DNA of 63,985 nt, the filler included, from Pelomyxa schiedti (taxonomy: Eukaryota > Protista > Evosea): NCBI GenBank assembly GCA_020536535.1. It is 9 parts of 9 records of this genome, joined end to end, with 100 filler letters (N's around TTAATTAATTAA, not from the genome) between each part and the next. Parts side by side here need not be neighbours in the genome. Positions count along the whole stretch, not along the records: positions 1 to 19,809 come from JAHLWZ010001100.1; positions 19,910 to 26,113 come from JAHLWZ010001437.1; 7 more parts are not named here. One strand, written 5' to 3'. The position numbers and the translations under genes are program-made. Shown one piece after another: positions 10,712 through 23,160 of this stretch (position 1 is the stretch's first letter; every line of letters begins with the position of its first letter). The notes below the pieces were generated by a model. That model was not told the DNA's origin. It ran no database searches and was given only the letters and a program-made list of their open reading frames with translations.

Positions 10712-12948
10712 TTACTCCGAGGTTGTGCCACTAGCACACTCAAAGTCATACACGCGTACAAGGGAGTTCATAGACCCTACGATGCGAGATTCATCGTACT
10801 GCATGTAGCTTACACCGGGCCTCTGGGGGTGTGGCCTGTTGATTGGTGGGTGTGGTTAGTTGGTGGTTGTGGGTTTTGTTTGCTGCTGTGGGTTTTTATG
10901 TTTATTCGTTAAGGCATACGGGTTGTTGGCTCTTGCTTGAAGAGAACCACCCAGTAATGTGTACATGCGGGCTCCCGTGGCCATGTTCCACACTTTTATG
11001 GCGTTGTCCGCGCCACAGGTTACAACTTTCCGATCATCAAATTGAACTGAATGTACAGGACCGCGGTGATCCGCCAGGGTGTGTTGTAGAACCTGCATAC
11101 CAAAGCTCCATACCTAAAAATATGTATCAGAACCGACCAACATTAAGCAAAGAACTACTTTGGCTGTATTGTCTGCTCCGGCAGAAACAATGTGTTCCGC
11201 GTCGGCTTGCAAAGCGTGAACGGTAGCACCGTGCCTCATCTGACCAGAGCAAACTCCGTTCAGTCCATTCCACACACGAACTGAAAGGAGTAAGTAAGGG
11301 TGTGGATTAGTGCCTAGGTATACCATAGCCGTCACTTCCTCCCGTAACAACATCTTTGCGAACAACCTTGAAGAGTGAGGGTGGTTAAATGTTTTGGGTG
11401 ACTGACTTGGAAGCATGTAGCAGGCGTGGAAAGAGTTTGCCTGGCAATGTAGTTGTTGCGTGTATCCCAAATCTTTTTCACTGGATGTTGAGACTAGAAA
11501 GAACGAGATGGCAACCTACCCTAACTCCATGGGCTGATCCTGTATAAATATCGTGCTCATCGAGGTGAATGGTATGAACAGCCATAGTGCCGGTCTAGAA
11601 GACATTACATGAAAACGAACAAGAGCCACGTTACATTGATTGTCCTAGAGCATGTATTGGTGCGAGAGTCCCATAGTTTGGCAGTGCCATCACTTCCACC
11701 GCTTATGAAGGTCTGACCATCAAAACGGAGGCTATGCACTGGCCTTGTGATTTGTGAGGAAGGGTGAAGGGAGATGGCTCGCAACCTTGTGTGGTTCAAC
11801 ACGGCCAGCTGAGTTGCTGTAGTTATGTCCCAGAGGCGTACAGTAGTATCAGCTCCTCCTCCACCACTGCCTACCATAATTTCATTGAATTGAACGCAAG
11901 ATATCGGCCCTGTATGCCCGGCGAGTACACGGGAGTTATCTGGATCGGTTGACCTCCAAATCTGCATCAAGTGAGATTTATTTGTGGGGGGAAGTGAAAT
12001 TCACCCTCAATGTAGTATCGGCAGATCCAGACACAAGGAGAGAGCGATAAAACTGGAAACAGGTGATATAATTCGTGTGACCCCTACAAGTGTTGGAATT
12101 GAATCATGGTTATGAGGGAAGGAACCGGAATGTAGTCACTTCAAAATCCCCTGCTCTGCCACCTTCCCATCCTCGAGTGACATTGTTACGAGCAACATAG
12201 CACCTTTTCCAGTTCTTGTGCCTATCAATTGTGCAGAAGGGCCACCTCTCCAGGCACATGTCACGCCAGAGGTAGGGACTCTCACCCACTGTCTTCATCC
12301 TCTTGCACGTCTAACACATTATTGTAAGGAAAAAAGACCGTAAGCCGAAGGAAAAACCCTGGAGGTTCGGCACAGGCCCCTTGGTCCAGCGTAGTTGAGA
12401 ATCAATTCAAGGACATCATCACTCAATTGAACAAAGAGGGACTACAGGGGGTAAATAAAAGATTGTACAAAATTGCCGCACTTGTTCGTTGGCAGTTGCA
12501 TCAGTTGCATTCTGAGTAGCATTTGCGGCTGCCAGTTTTGATTGTAAGTACTGATCAACCATTGATTGAATACGGTCGTTTTGGGGCGGGAGCGGAAGTG
12601 AGAATGGGCGCCTTGTTTGGTTGTGAATTTTTACTTCACCCTTCAAACGGAAAAGAAAGTCAACCTGCAAAACGGACATGACGGATTCTTCCTGTACACC
12701 TGTGCCAAGCACTCCTACACAGTGTCAGTCACCAAAAAAAAAGTGCAAATAAAACAAAAAAAATACCAAGGTAAGGGTAGGGTGGAGGGAAAAAAAAAAA
12801 AAAGGGAAAAAAAAAGAGTACATGGCATACATACCCTGCAGAAAGTGTGACCACAGTGCAACGTGGTGGGCGTGGTGAAGATCTCGAAACACACCCAACA
12901 CGTACACGCGTCCTCGACCAGCGTCGCGTCAACCGCTACGCTACTCAT
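10712..12948 (-). CDS. RING finger + F-box + WD40 repeat protein
   Basis: RING CWVC..CGHTFCRECL..CPFCR; F-box LSDDVLELILNY..LCRTSRTCKR..LWR; multiple GH...WD repeats; ends VRVYDFECASGTTSE*. Confidence 0.85.
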
Positions 12949-13349
12949 TTACGGTGCCTCTGGGCCGCGAATTATTATTCAAAACAAAATTTTTCAAAAC
13001 TGTTTTGTTTCCAAGAAACTCGTTTGAACGGTTTTTGATTGGCCNNNNNNNNNNNNNNNNNNNNNNNNNNNNNNNNNNNNNNNNNNNNNNNNNNNNNNNN
13101 NNNNNNNNNNNNNNNNNNNNNNNNNNNNNNNNNNNNNNNNNNNNTCGCGTCAACCGCTACGCTACTCATTTACGGTGCCTCTGGGCCGCGAATTATTATT
13201 CAAAACAAAATTTTTCAAAACTGTTTTGTTTCCAAGAAACTCGTTTGAACGGTTTTTGATTGGCCACCTACAAAAGGAGCCCCAACATTGCCCATCCGTA
13301 AGTAAGAAGATAGTCACGGTAACGTGGCCGCCAGAATCCCCGGATCTGT

Positions 13350-14192
13350 ATGACGTACCGGATACGAGGAGCCACGGCGTCGGACGGCGCGGCCGTGGCG
13401 GCGATCTACTCCCACTACGTCGAAAACACTCCGGTGTCATTCGAGGAGCATCCCCCCACAGCCTCAGAAATGGCCACGCGAATCACCCGCATCACAGAAA
13501 CACACCCCTGGCTCATATGTGAGATGACTCCATCGCTCTCGGCTTCGCCACCCAACACGCCCACATCAACATCAACAACATCAGCAAGATCACCACCCAA
13601 AACCGAACCTGGGGTCATCGAGGGTGGAGGCAGAGGCAGTCACGGGGAGTGGGTGGTCGTGGGATACGCTTATGGGTCTGGGCACCATGAGAGGGCAGCG
13701 TACCGGTGGTCCTGTGACGTGAGTGTGTACGTGCTAAATGGCCACACGGGAAAAGGCATTGGGAAGCACCTCTATGCAACTCTCATATCAATCCTGGTAG
13801 GTGGTATGTGTGTCAGATCGGTTGTGTTTCGTTTTTGTCAGTGCATCCTGCGGGCGTTGTGCTATTGTTGTATATGATATGCAAGTGAATTGCAGTACTT
13901 GGAGAGTATCTATTTAATAGTGGAAAAGAAATCACAGGGATTCTGTGTGGCATGTGCTGGGATTACTATGCCAAATGAGGCTTCTGAGGCACTGCACAGA
14001 CACTTTGGATTTGTGCCTGTGGGCGTGTATCCCGCCATTGGCTTCAAGTTTGGACAGTGGCGTGATGTTATGTACCTAACAAGGAGGTTGGACACTGAAT
14101 CCAGTTCAAGTATTCCAGTTTGCCCTCAGCATGACCCAATCAAATGGCCAGCAATGCTACCAGAACGCCATGGGTTTTTGTGCACTTTCTAA
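13350..14192 (+). CDS. GNAT phosphinothricin/arsinothricin N-acetyltransferase-like (PAT/ArsN1/YncA family), one intron 13797-13928
   Basis: IYSHYVENTPVSFEEHPP, VVGYAYGSGHHERAAYRWSCDVSVYV, GKGIGKHLY, AGITMPNEASEALHRHFGF, GFKFGQWRDV. Confidence 0.88.
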
Positions 14193-14266
14193 GCAAAAAG
14201 CAAAAAGCAAAAAGCAAAAAGCAAAAAGCAAAAAGCAAAAAGCAAAAAGCAAAAAGCAAAAAGCAA
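14191..14266. repeat. (GCAAAAA)n heptamer tandem repeat between convergent genes
   Basis: About 10 perfect units visible. Confidence 0.9.
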
Positions 14267-14294
14267 TTACTCCCTGCTATTTATTTGGTTTTAT

Positions 14295-16542
14295 TTAATC
14301 AACTGCAACACCCAATTCAAAACCCAGCCAGAGCTTTGTTTCGTCGGACACCGGGGTGATGCAAGATGCGGCACCGCTGTGGTGGCTGCGGATCTCGTCG
14401 AGGGTGATCCCGAACTTGTTCATTGTGTAGATGGCAACATGCGGTGATGACGTTGATACATCCATCAATTTGGAGCGTATCACCGTGGCGTCAATGGAGT
14501 CGCCGTAATGACTCAGAAGCACCTGCCATCCGGCAAGATCACATCTCAGCCAATAGGAGTGAAGCTCTATGATGAGCAGTACCTGATTGATGATAATTAA
14601 AAAGTGAGGAAAATGAATAGGGACCCACATCATCCAAAGGGATGTTTAATGTTCCCAGTAGCCACTGTGCGCAACGGTTCTTTCCGTTGACAAGCAGTGA
14701 ATGTAAGAGGTGGTTGTTCCCGGACTTGATGTGCTGGTACTGCAGGTTGAATGTACAAATGACCCACTTGATAACCTTGCTGGACAGTGGGCGGAAGCAG
14801 GGAGAACACAAGCAACTAGCGAGGAATTCTGGTGTAAGAGATGGAGAGACGGAATCCCTAAATAGGAGAAGCCACTGGAGAGCCTTCAGGCCTTTTCTCA
14901 TGAAAGCAACAACGATTTCTTCAGAGCATTCCAGTCCCGAGGCAAATTCCATGGTGTGCAGCAGTTCCTGAGAAGCATAGAGTGCCTGCAAAACAACTCT
15001 CTTAATGGAATGATTGGTTGTTGTAACTGGCCTTGAGAGATGCTGAAGAAACCACTGGATCCCCACCACTTCATCCTTGTATTTCTCGCACAGCGCAGAC
15101 AATGCATTTGTTTGCGCCTCTGGGTCAGCATTGAGAACATCCATCACATGGAATGTTTCATCCAACCAATCAGCAACTTCAATGTTGCCTGCACGCAATG
15201 CTTGAACCAGGGACTTGATTACGTCAGATTGAGTCAGAGCAACCCTATTTGAAACCCACTTTGCCAGCGATGCCCCTCGTTTTTTTGATGTGGAGCAGGC
15301 TGCAATAAATGTTGCCACTGTTGGACTGCAGTCTATGAAAAGGAACTTAGCAAACTCCACATCTCCAGTGACATGACAGAGGTGATTCAACGTGCCCTCG
15401 TTTGCATGGGAAGCAGGATACGTCATGAGAATCCATTTGGCGACATCTGAATTTCGGACCAATTTCAGGAGGTAATTGAATCGGTATGGTCCCACAAAAT
15501 TGTTGGTAGAACCCTCAAGCCATTGGCAGTCTTCCACGGTACAGTGCTTTTTTGCCAACAGGGCGAACACCATGTGGTCCATGCAGGGGGGGATTGGAAA
15601 TGTCGCATTAATCCAGTCATAAAGCAACCTGTAATGCAGTGGTGATGTGCGGTTAGAATATTTTGAAAACATTCTCAGAATTTCAACGGCACATGAAGGG
15701 AGCAGCTCCACCAAATTGAACTCTTTGAACACCCACTTGACAACCTCCACGTTTCCATGATCCATAGCGGCGCAGAGCGGTCTGTACAGCAACCATTGAG
15801 CCTCACCCACCCCAATGCCAAGCCAACTCACCAGCCACCTGATCACCTCCAAGTGGCCTGCTGCAAACACCCTGTCCAGAAACCCCATCGACATGTAGCT
15901 CTTCATACACACCAATTGCTTCCCACACGACGCCCTCACATACTCCCTCACGCTGTCCCTCACCAACCTCGTTCCTCCTCCTCCTCCCTCCACATTGTCG
16001 ACCCCCCACCCCGCAATCACCCGCCGCCCATCCCACAATCCCGGCAGCGTCCCTCCCCCTGCACCTGCGTCCGCGTCACCCTCGCCCAGAAACCTGCGGG
16101 CCGCCCCCACGTGGCCCCCGATGCACAGCCCAAGCAGAGCCGCTGCGACCTCCTTCACGGCGCGGCCGAGGCCCCCACTGGCCCCTGGGTGCTGCTGGTT
16201 GTGCCTGCGGTTCACAATCCAGGCCACGCAAGACGGCGCGGGGGCGGCCGCGGCGCTCGTGATTGCGGCGTAGGAGGAGCCGGGGGAAGGGGCGCTGGGC
16301 CGCGACAGGGCCCTCTTGCAGACGAGGGCCACGAGTGGGAACATGGCCTCGGCCAGCCGGAACAAGTGGTGGGAGTCATCGCGGATGCGGCTGGTGGGGG
16401 TTCCCCTGGGGTCCAACCAACCAGGGCACACCACTGACTCCCACACCACCCGCGAGACACGCAGTACTGCATCCGACATTATGAATGGTTGTTGTTGGTG
16501 ATTCGGGTCTGTTGATTTGTGATGCTTCTTGTCGAAAAGCAA
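14295..16542 (-). CDS. Divergent ankyrin-like helical repeat protein (lineage-specific family), one short 3' intron
   Basis: 667-aa ORF with AAGHLEVIRWLV, AMDHGNVEVVKWV, GDVEFAKFL and ALRAGNIEVADWL; an intron near 14583-14628 joins it to ORF 14295-14633; likely start 16479 or 16542. Confidence 0.7.
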
Positions 16543-16583
16543 ATAGTGTGGCCCACGATTCTCTGTTCCATTTTTCTTTTTGT

Positions 16584-18002
16584 TTAGTGTTTTTTTCTGG
16601 TTTGGGATTTGGTAGCAATGTTGGCTGCAATTCCAGAGAAAAAAAGAAGAGCACCAACAATGTGTCCAGGAACGAGGGGCTTGGGAAAGAGTACAAATGA
16701 CAGGGCGATGGTCACAGCCTTGCGGACAGCAACAACTATGGATGCCACAACAGCATCACATAGGGATGTAAGTGACAGCGTGATCAGAGTAGTCAGGTAT
16801 GCAAAGAGGAACATTGGCTGTTTTGGTGTTGTTATTTTTTTTTGTTTTTTGATTTGGATTTTATTAGTAAATATTAGATAGAAACTGTACAAGCATTGCC
16901 AGGAGGTAATGCGGCTGCGATATGAGGAGTGTGATCGCAGGCCAAAATTGCCCACTGTAAATCACAACCGGCAGAACAAGGATCCCACCGGCGGCACTGG
17001 ACCAGAAGCTCTGGTGTCAATTAATAAATAATGAAGCAAGGTTCGCTGCAGACCACTTCCAATTCTGGTGCGTGAAATCCAGAAAGCGCAGTTTCGTGGA
17101 GTAGGTGCTTTGTGGCATCACAAGTGAGACTTCCAAGCATTAGAAAAGCACCTGGGGAGGTGGGTGAATATTGTAAACGCAATCAAAGGGGGCCTGCCTC
17201 GGATATCAAAGGAAGAAATGGTAGAGTCAGCAACAGAAAAGAAAACGAGCCCTGCTATCATTAAAAGAGCAAATCCAATTTTTTTAGCTTGCAGCGGTTT
17301 GTGTAGAAAAAGGGCACCCTTTTCTTGGTGTAAAAATATATTTATACCGAATGTACATATGAGTGCCATACCAGTAACATTGTTGGCAAGGGAAGTGAAG
17401 ATGTAAACAAGACTTTGCATGTGTAGTTGAGGAACCGATAGGCAAAATTCCCAAATAATCTGTCATTAGAACGTGAGTGAGTTCCACTCATTGTGAAAGG
17501 AAAACCTCGTTCCAAAGGTGGCAGCAGCCACCCAGCTGTAAAACCAAAAGGGCACCCTGTAGTGCTGATATCAGATGGATAAATCGGAGAGGAAACATCA
17601 CGTCTTCTTCACTGAGCTACCCGATAATACCGCATGCAGAGTTGAGAACAAAACGTAGCACCAGCATTGCAACCAAGCCGCAAAAATTCCATACGGGAAC
17701 TACACGATTCAAGTTCTTACATAATACATACAACTAAGCAAAGGTAATATATATTTTACTGAAGTAACGTACCTTTAATTCCTTCCACAACAGCTCCTGA
17801 AAGTACCCCCACAATGAGCTGAAACCGAGAATTAAACTGCCAATTCAAGATGGATGAATTAGTGACGGGCGGAAAAAAAATAATAATAAAGGGGAAGAAG
17901 ACAGAGTGACACACACGCTATTACGACGGTGACCTGTGACCCGTGTGACAAACTCCCTATAAATGGCACCACCGTTTGCTTCTTCCCTTCTTTTCTCTTC
18001 AT
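16584..18002 (-). CDS. Nucleotide-sugar/PAPS transporter (SLC35B/UAA family), multi-exon
   Basis: LWGYFQELLW, FLNYTCKVLFTSS, LMIAGLVFFSVADS, VRKAVTIALSFVLFPKP; multiple TM segments. Confidence 0.8.
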
Positions 18003-18118
18003 CTGGCTCAATAAAATAAACTCCGGACCCCAGCGTGTGCCGACAATACCGTAACAAATTTAACTCCCTTGAAAGAGAAAATAATGTATCAACAAAGGAT
18101 ATCATTGCTGAATGACCC

Positions 18119-19447
18119 TCACCACAGGAAAGAGGTGTAAGGCAACATGTCACATACCCACCATCCATCAATTCCAAAGGACACAACAACCTGGGTTGAT
18201 GATGCTTCAATCACCTGAAGTTTGTTGTGGTTTTTCTCAGTGAATACGATGAACCCACCACCAGTCATCTCGTTGGCATCATCCATGTAGTCTGGGATGC
18301 ATTTGACAACAGGGTACTTCTTGGAGGTGTCATTGCAGTCCCAGATATCCAGCCTATTTGCGTGGTACACTGAGAACAGTGAGCTACTCACTTGGTCCAA
18401 GACGAGATAAATTCTGGGGGTGTATAGCTTTCTTGCATCCCCATTTGATTGCACAGACATCACAACAGTCTCGTGGTCTCGAGTCTCTTGGGCAGAGAAA
18501 ATGAAAACATTCTCACCCACCTTGTTTTGCATCACAACGATGGTTTCTATGTACCAATCCTCATCAAGCTTGTCGTCTGGAAATGGTGTTGCTCCCATAA
18601 TCTCCAGTACTCTGGAGGAGTATGTCTTGGCCACATCCACCACCAGGAAATATCTGGCTCTCTTTCCCTCAGAGTCCTTAACAAGGATCACTGCCTGTGA
18701 TGGGACCACTTTATTCAGAACAAGGAACGTGGCTCTGTAAGAAGGATGCGGAAGTGCAACCGAAACACCAGAATCCACCCCAACAGCTGCCGTAGGTGTT
18801 ACAACAAACAGCTTGCCACCACTCTTGAGGTTCACCAACCAACTCCTGTTTGCACACAAGTGCGAAATGCTCCCCTCCTCCCGCCTCAGAACCGTTTTCA
18901 CACCAGTCAATGCATCAATCATTCGAACCTCAGGCCTCTCAGCTGTGAGGCCATCCACCCCAATGAATCTGTTTTCATCAACCCACTGTTGCTTCTCGAC
19001 GATGTGCGGCAGGTGCACTGATGTCACTTGCACGCCGCCACCCATAATCCCGAGAAGCAGCGGCGACACACTGAACCTGAATGCGCACGTCGGAAACGTC
19101 TTCCTTTCCTCGCCATCATCTTCTTTGCGCTTAAGAAGGACATCCACGACGATTGCCCTCTGGCAGCCCACGACCCAGTCGTCCCACAATTGCCTCAGCA
19201 TGTGCGCACCCAGCGCGCGAGCGGGCGACCGACTCCCGCACCTCGCCGAGACAACGCCGAGGGCCAGCGACGCGAACTGCGCGGGGGCGCTCAGCCCCCC
19301 CTCGTGAATGACGATGTCACCGAGCCATTCTGGCTTCGTCACTTTGATGATCGGCGCCTTCACACTTGCTTCCTTTTTTGGTGGTGCTACTCGTGGTTGA
19401 TCGATCCTTGGTCTCTTGTGCGTCGGAGGCGTGGGTTCGTCTGACAT
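18119..19447 (-). CDS. RCG-motif family protein (intronless, beta-rich)
   Basis: QFASLALGVVSARCGSRSPARALGAHMLRQLWDDWVV; ANRSWLV; DIWDCND; QVIEASSTQVV. Confidence 0.75.
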   Translation of the reverse strand: MSDEPTPPTHKRPRIDQPRVAPPKKEASVKAPIIKVTKPEWLGDIVIHEGGLSAPAQFASLALGVVSARCGSRSPARALGAHMLRQLWDDWVVGCQRAIVVDVLLKRKEDDGEERKTFPTCAFRFSVSPLLLGIMGGGVQVTSVHLPHIVEKQQWVDENRFIGVDGLTAERPEVRMIDALTGVKTVLRREEGSISHLCANRSWLVNLKSGGKLFVVTPTAAVGVDSGVSVALPHPSYRATFLVLNKVVPSQAVILVKDSEGKRARYFLVVDVAKTYSSRVLEIMGATPFPDDKLDEDWYIETIVVMQNKVGENVFIFSAQETRDHETVVMSVQSNGDARKLYTPRIYLVLDQVSSSLFSVYHANRLDIWDCNDTSKKYPVVKCIPDYMDDANEMTGGGFIVFTEKNHNKLQVIEASSTQVVVSFGIDGWWVCDMLPYTSFLW

Positions 19448-19571
19448 TGATGACTTGTCGCCTTCTCGGAAAGAAAGACTGATTTTCAATTGAAAATCAT
19501 TACGGAAGTGAGAAAAACAGCGCGGCGTGTGTGTTCGTTGAATCGGGTCTCGCCGCGGCTGCGCGGCCTTG

Positions 19572-19740
19572 ACATAAATGGCATGTTTGGGGTTGTGGGG
19601 ACTGTGCAGTGACTTGCCTCTTTGTTTACCTCCACTACCATCAAAAAAATCGCTGCTACGAGGGGAGACCATGCCGCCCTGGGGTGAATACCCGCCTTGT
19701 CTCTTCCATCACGTCGTTCCATCTAATATTAATTGTTTTA
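19572..19740. repeat. Dispersed repeat; an inverted homologue lies at about 33700-33865
   Basis: Shared cataaatggcatgtttggggttgtgg..actgtgcagtgacttgcctctttgttta..ccactaccatcaaaaaa...ccatctaatattaattgttt. Confidence 0.75.
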
Positions 19741-19809
19741 TTTCTGAATCAATTAAATTAATTTATATATCTATTAAATATTTAATATATATTTTATTTA
19801 TTAATTAAT

Positions 19810-19909
19810 NNNNNNNNNNNNNNNNNNNNNNNNNNNNNNNNNNNNNNNNNNNNTTAATTAATTAANNNNNNNNNNNNNNNNNNNNNNNNNNNNNNNNNNN
19901 NNNNNNNNN
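19810..19909. other. Artificial contig linker N44-TTAATTAATTAA-N44 (also at 26114, 51373, 52780, 54022, 56269, 60550, 62876)
   Basis: An identical all-frame stop 12-mer flanked by Ns occurs at 8 positions. Confidence 0.97.
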
Positions 19910-20018
19910 TGTCTGCAACGTCTTCCGACGTTGAAGACCCTGCTGCAGCGAAAAAGATTGCATTCCTTGGTTGATGTTTTGTGCGAGACACTCCTTCACT
20001 TGTGTGTGAAAACGTTCC

Positions 20019-21370
20019 ATGTCCGCGCTGCGTTGTTGCTGTTACGTCCGTAATCGATTCGGTCACCTCTTATTCTTTGAATTCTGGATGACTATGAAAC
20101 CTGCACAAATAAGGGCAGAGAAAAAAACAAGGCGCTGGTTAGTGGACATTTCCTGGTGCTGTGTAATTACCGACTACGTTTGGGCTCTTGTGGACTTTTA
20201 TATGTGTGCACCCCTGAAAACGGGTGCCTGTATTCGACTAGTAAGCCTTGATCACGCCGTGACCCTCAAGTCGTTGTTCAAGATGGCAGTGGACTTTGCA
20301 AAGCTCTACGACGGGCATATTGATTACTTTGTGGCCAACGAAGGCCGTAATTGGGACGTTACGATTGCCTTTTCCAAATACAAGATTGCCTGGGAAGCAA
20401 TTGGGCAATGGAACAAGGAGAATACTTATTACTGTGGACGAAATTCCATGTCTCGAGAAGACATTCCATCCGCAGCACTCTCCGACGCGCAGATGAAGGA
20501 CCACAGGAGACACTTTGGTGAAAGGGGTTACCCATATGAAAACTACGATTACTTGTCCTTGCTGGAGCTGCTATTCAGCAGGGGCTTTTCAACAACGGGG
20601 TCGAAGCAGGCTCTTTACGCGAGATGGTTCATCCTAAACAAGTACAACTCTTCGTGTCATACCCAAGAAAATATAGGCTTCACCACGGAGCCAACCCCAA
20701 TGCCAATGCCGCCACTCCGCCCTCCAAGTATGCGGCGCTCTTCTCTCTTCCTTCCGTTTGGCCTCCTTTTTTTTCATCTGCACACACAGGTCACAACGCA
20801 GTATTCGACAAATTGATAAACATGTTGTTACTTGAGTCCGTATCCGGCGGGATCACCTATCTCAAGTGCGCGACGAATTTCGTTGCCAATTTCGCTTGAA
20901 ACTTCCCGCTCCGCTCACTCAATGCACAGAAACCACATGGCTACTTTCTATGCGCGTCTGGAAGCTCTGATAAGCACAAACCCAGCAGAGAACACCCTCA
21001 AGAACACAAATGAATCCCACCTTACTAGAGTGGCTGTTTCTGTTAGGGATATCAGGAAGCTCAAGAAGTGGGTATGTTTTCTAATACATTTTTGTCCCAG
21101 CTTCCACCTGCCACAGATTTTCCGGGGAGGATTCTGCAACAACGTGGCGCACTGGCAGTTCATTGAGTATGCGTTTCTGTGTGGATACTATCAGCAGTCC
21201 ACCCCTGGGTGCGTGGTTCTAGTGAAACACTCAGTAATGACAATGTGCACACTGGGCCTATACTGAAAGCAGCCAACCAAACGTTAATCCCCAAACTGCC
21301 CAAATACATGGCCACTGTACAAAAACAAACAAACAAACAAATCAATCTTCTGTTGTTTTTCCTATTCTAG
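20019..21370 (+). CDS. Hypothetical protein with possible RRM-like region and SAP-like motif
   Basis: LSLLELLFSRGFSTTGSKQALYARW resembles SAP; downstream exons are uncertain. Confidence 0.4.
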
Positions 21371-21929
21371 GTGTGGGTGCAAAGGGGACGATAATCTGAT
21401 AATATAATAATTAGAATGAACGCTCTGTCCAGAACTAAGTTTCCCGGTGATTCTTGGAACAGATTATCGTCCCCTTTGTGAATTTGTCGTCCTCGACAAC
21501 TCCTAACCGCTTTGGTGCCGGTGGAGTAACTGCGTACAGCTTGTAGTCGCTGAGGCGGGCTGGAGGGTGGCTGGCGTTTTCGGGTTGGTCTGCTGGTATT
21601 CGTTGTTGGTGCGGCCACCGCATTTTGTCGGTGCTGAGTCGGCACCCGTGCTGGTCATGTCTGCGATGCATCGCTATCGGCCTCCTTGTGGGTCGATTGT
21701 GCGGCTCGTGTTGATTGTGCAACTTGTGTTGTTGTTCTTGTTGAACTCGGGTGGTTTTGTGGGCTCTGGCGTTGTTGGTGGTTGCCACTCCCCGTCTCGT
21801 GGGTCAATGCCGCCATTGACGTCGCGCGTAAGGGAAGGTACTTCTTCGTACTTTTCAATCGCTCTCCTCCTGTTTTCTCTCTTCCTTCCCTGCTTTTCTT
21901 CCCACCTTTGGTGTCGTTCTTCTTTTGTG

Positions 21930-23155
21930 TCAGGGTGCCCTTGGGTTCCAGTGATGGATCAAATGTATCTCCTGCTGCAATTTCCGGTGCTGCCTCTGGC
22001 GTTCTTGGGTAATACTCTTGAGTCTACTGACGTGGATCAGTCTGAGCCAGGGGAAATCCTCTGCTTTGTCCCAATCATACTTCTTCCCCCTGGTTCTGCT
22101 GCAGTATGCCTGCGATCTTCTTGTACATTTAGAAACGCAAGATCCTTTTCTGCCATGGTCTGTGCGGTTGCTAGCACCGTTCCAGCAGGGATTCGCACAG
22201 TCTCTTGCTTGGGATTGAGTATACAAATAGGTAGAGTTCCTTTCTTCAGCTCGGCTCCCACTCCTGGGGCTATGCACAAATTCACATTAGTTGCAGGTGT
22301 TATATTATACAGCGTTCCTTCTGCAGCCTCTGCATTCACTTGTACCTTCGCGACGACTTTATGTCCAGTGAGATACTCCTTATCCTCTCGGGTGGTAAGG
22401 AATACCCTAGTATGATCTGGTGTACAGTGGCAATGTACTTGCTTATTCCATGGCAACTCCATGCAGTCAATTGAAGGCAGTTAGACTTCATATTCTGCTC
22501 TGAAATCATTACCAAGCACCCAGATGTTGTCTATGTTATCGATCACTAGCAAACGTGAAGCCAATCTTCTTCCCTGCCAGTGTGAATCTCACTCTAATTG
22601 TATTTTCAATACACAAGCTTGTCTTCCCAGCTAGTAGTGATCTGCTCTCATATGGGGTTTGTACAAACTTATTCCCATTCTTTTTTTCTAACTCTGCAAC
22701 AAGGTTCCGACTTATCAGTGAATACCCTGAACCGGTATCCAAGCAAACTTCCCTTGACAGTCTACTCTGTTTCTGTAGGTGTGAATTTATTCCCAACACC
22801 ATCTCCATTAACATTGAACATTCTTTCGTGGGTATTATCTGCACATCTGTTTATTTCCTCAGTTCACTGATCTTTGAGTCTTTATGTCTCCACAACTGTC
22901 ACCTTTGCTGGTTCTCACCATCGCCATCGATGTATTGCCAGCTGGAATACTACTGCTGCTACTACTACCCCTAATCATGAACTTATCTGGATCCTGCACA
23001 TACCACTTGTTGGCTATCTCTGCATATTTTGAGAATGTTCTAGAGATATGCTGTCAACTGTGGCAGCACAGCAACACTCAATCTCATTGACCCAATCAGG
23101 GGGTATTCTGCAGCATCGTCATCGTCCACATCCTGAACAATCTCTTGCAGTCTAT
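21930..23155 (-). mobile_element. Ty3/Gypsy gag-protease remnant
   Basis: Aspartic protease motif VCLDTGSGYSLIS, followed by WVLGNDF and ICILNPKQETVRIPAGTVLA; interrupted by stops and frameshifts. Confidence 0.7.
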
Positions 23156-23160
23156 GTTTA

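Noticed and set aside
12924-13264. Duplicated start of the RING-F-box-WD40 gene
   Set aside because: Same gap-flank overlap artefact.
21567-22415. 282-aa plus-strand ORF
   Set aside because: It is the antisense shadow of retroelement and low-complexity sequence, with no motifs.
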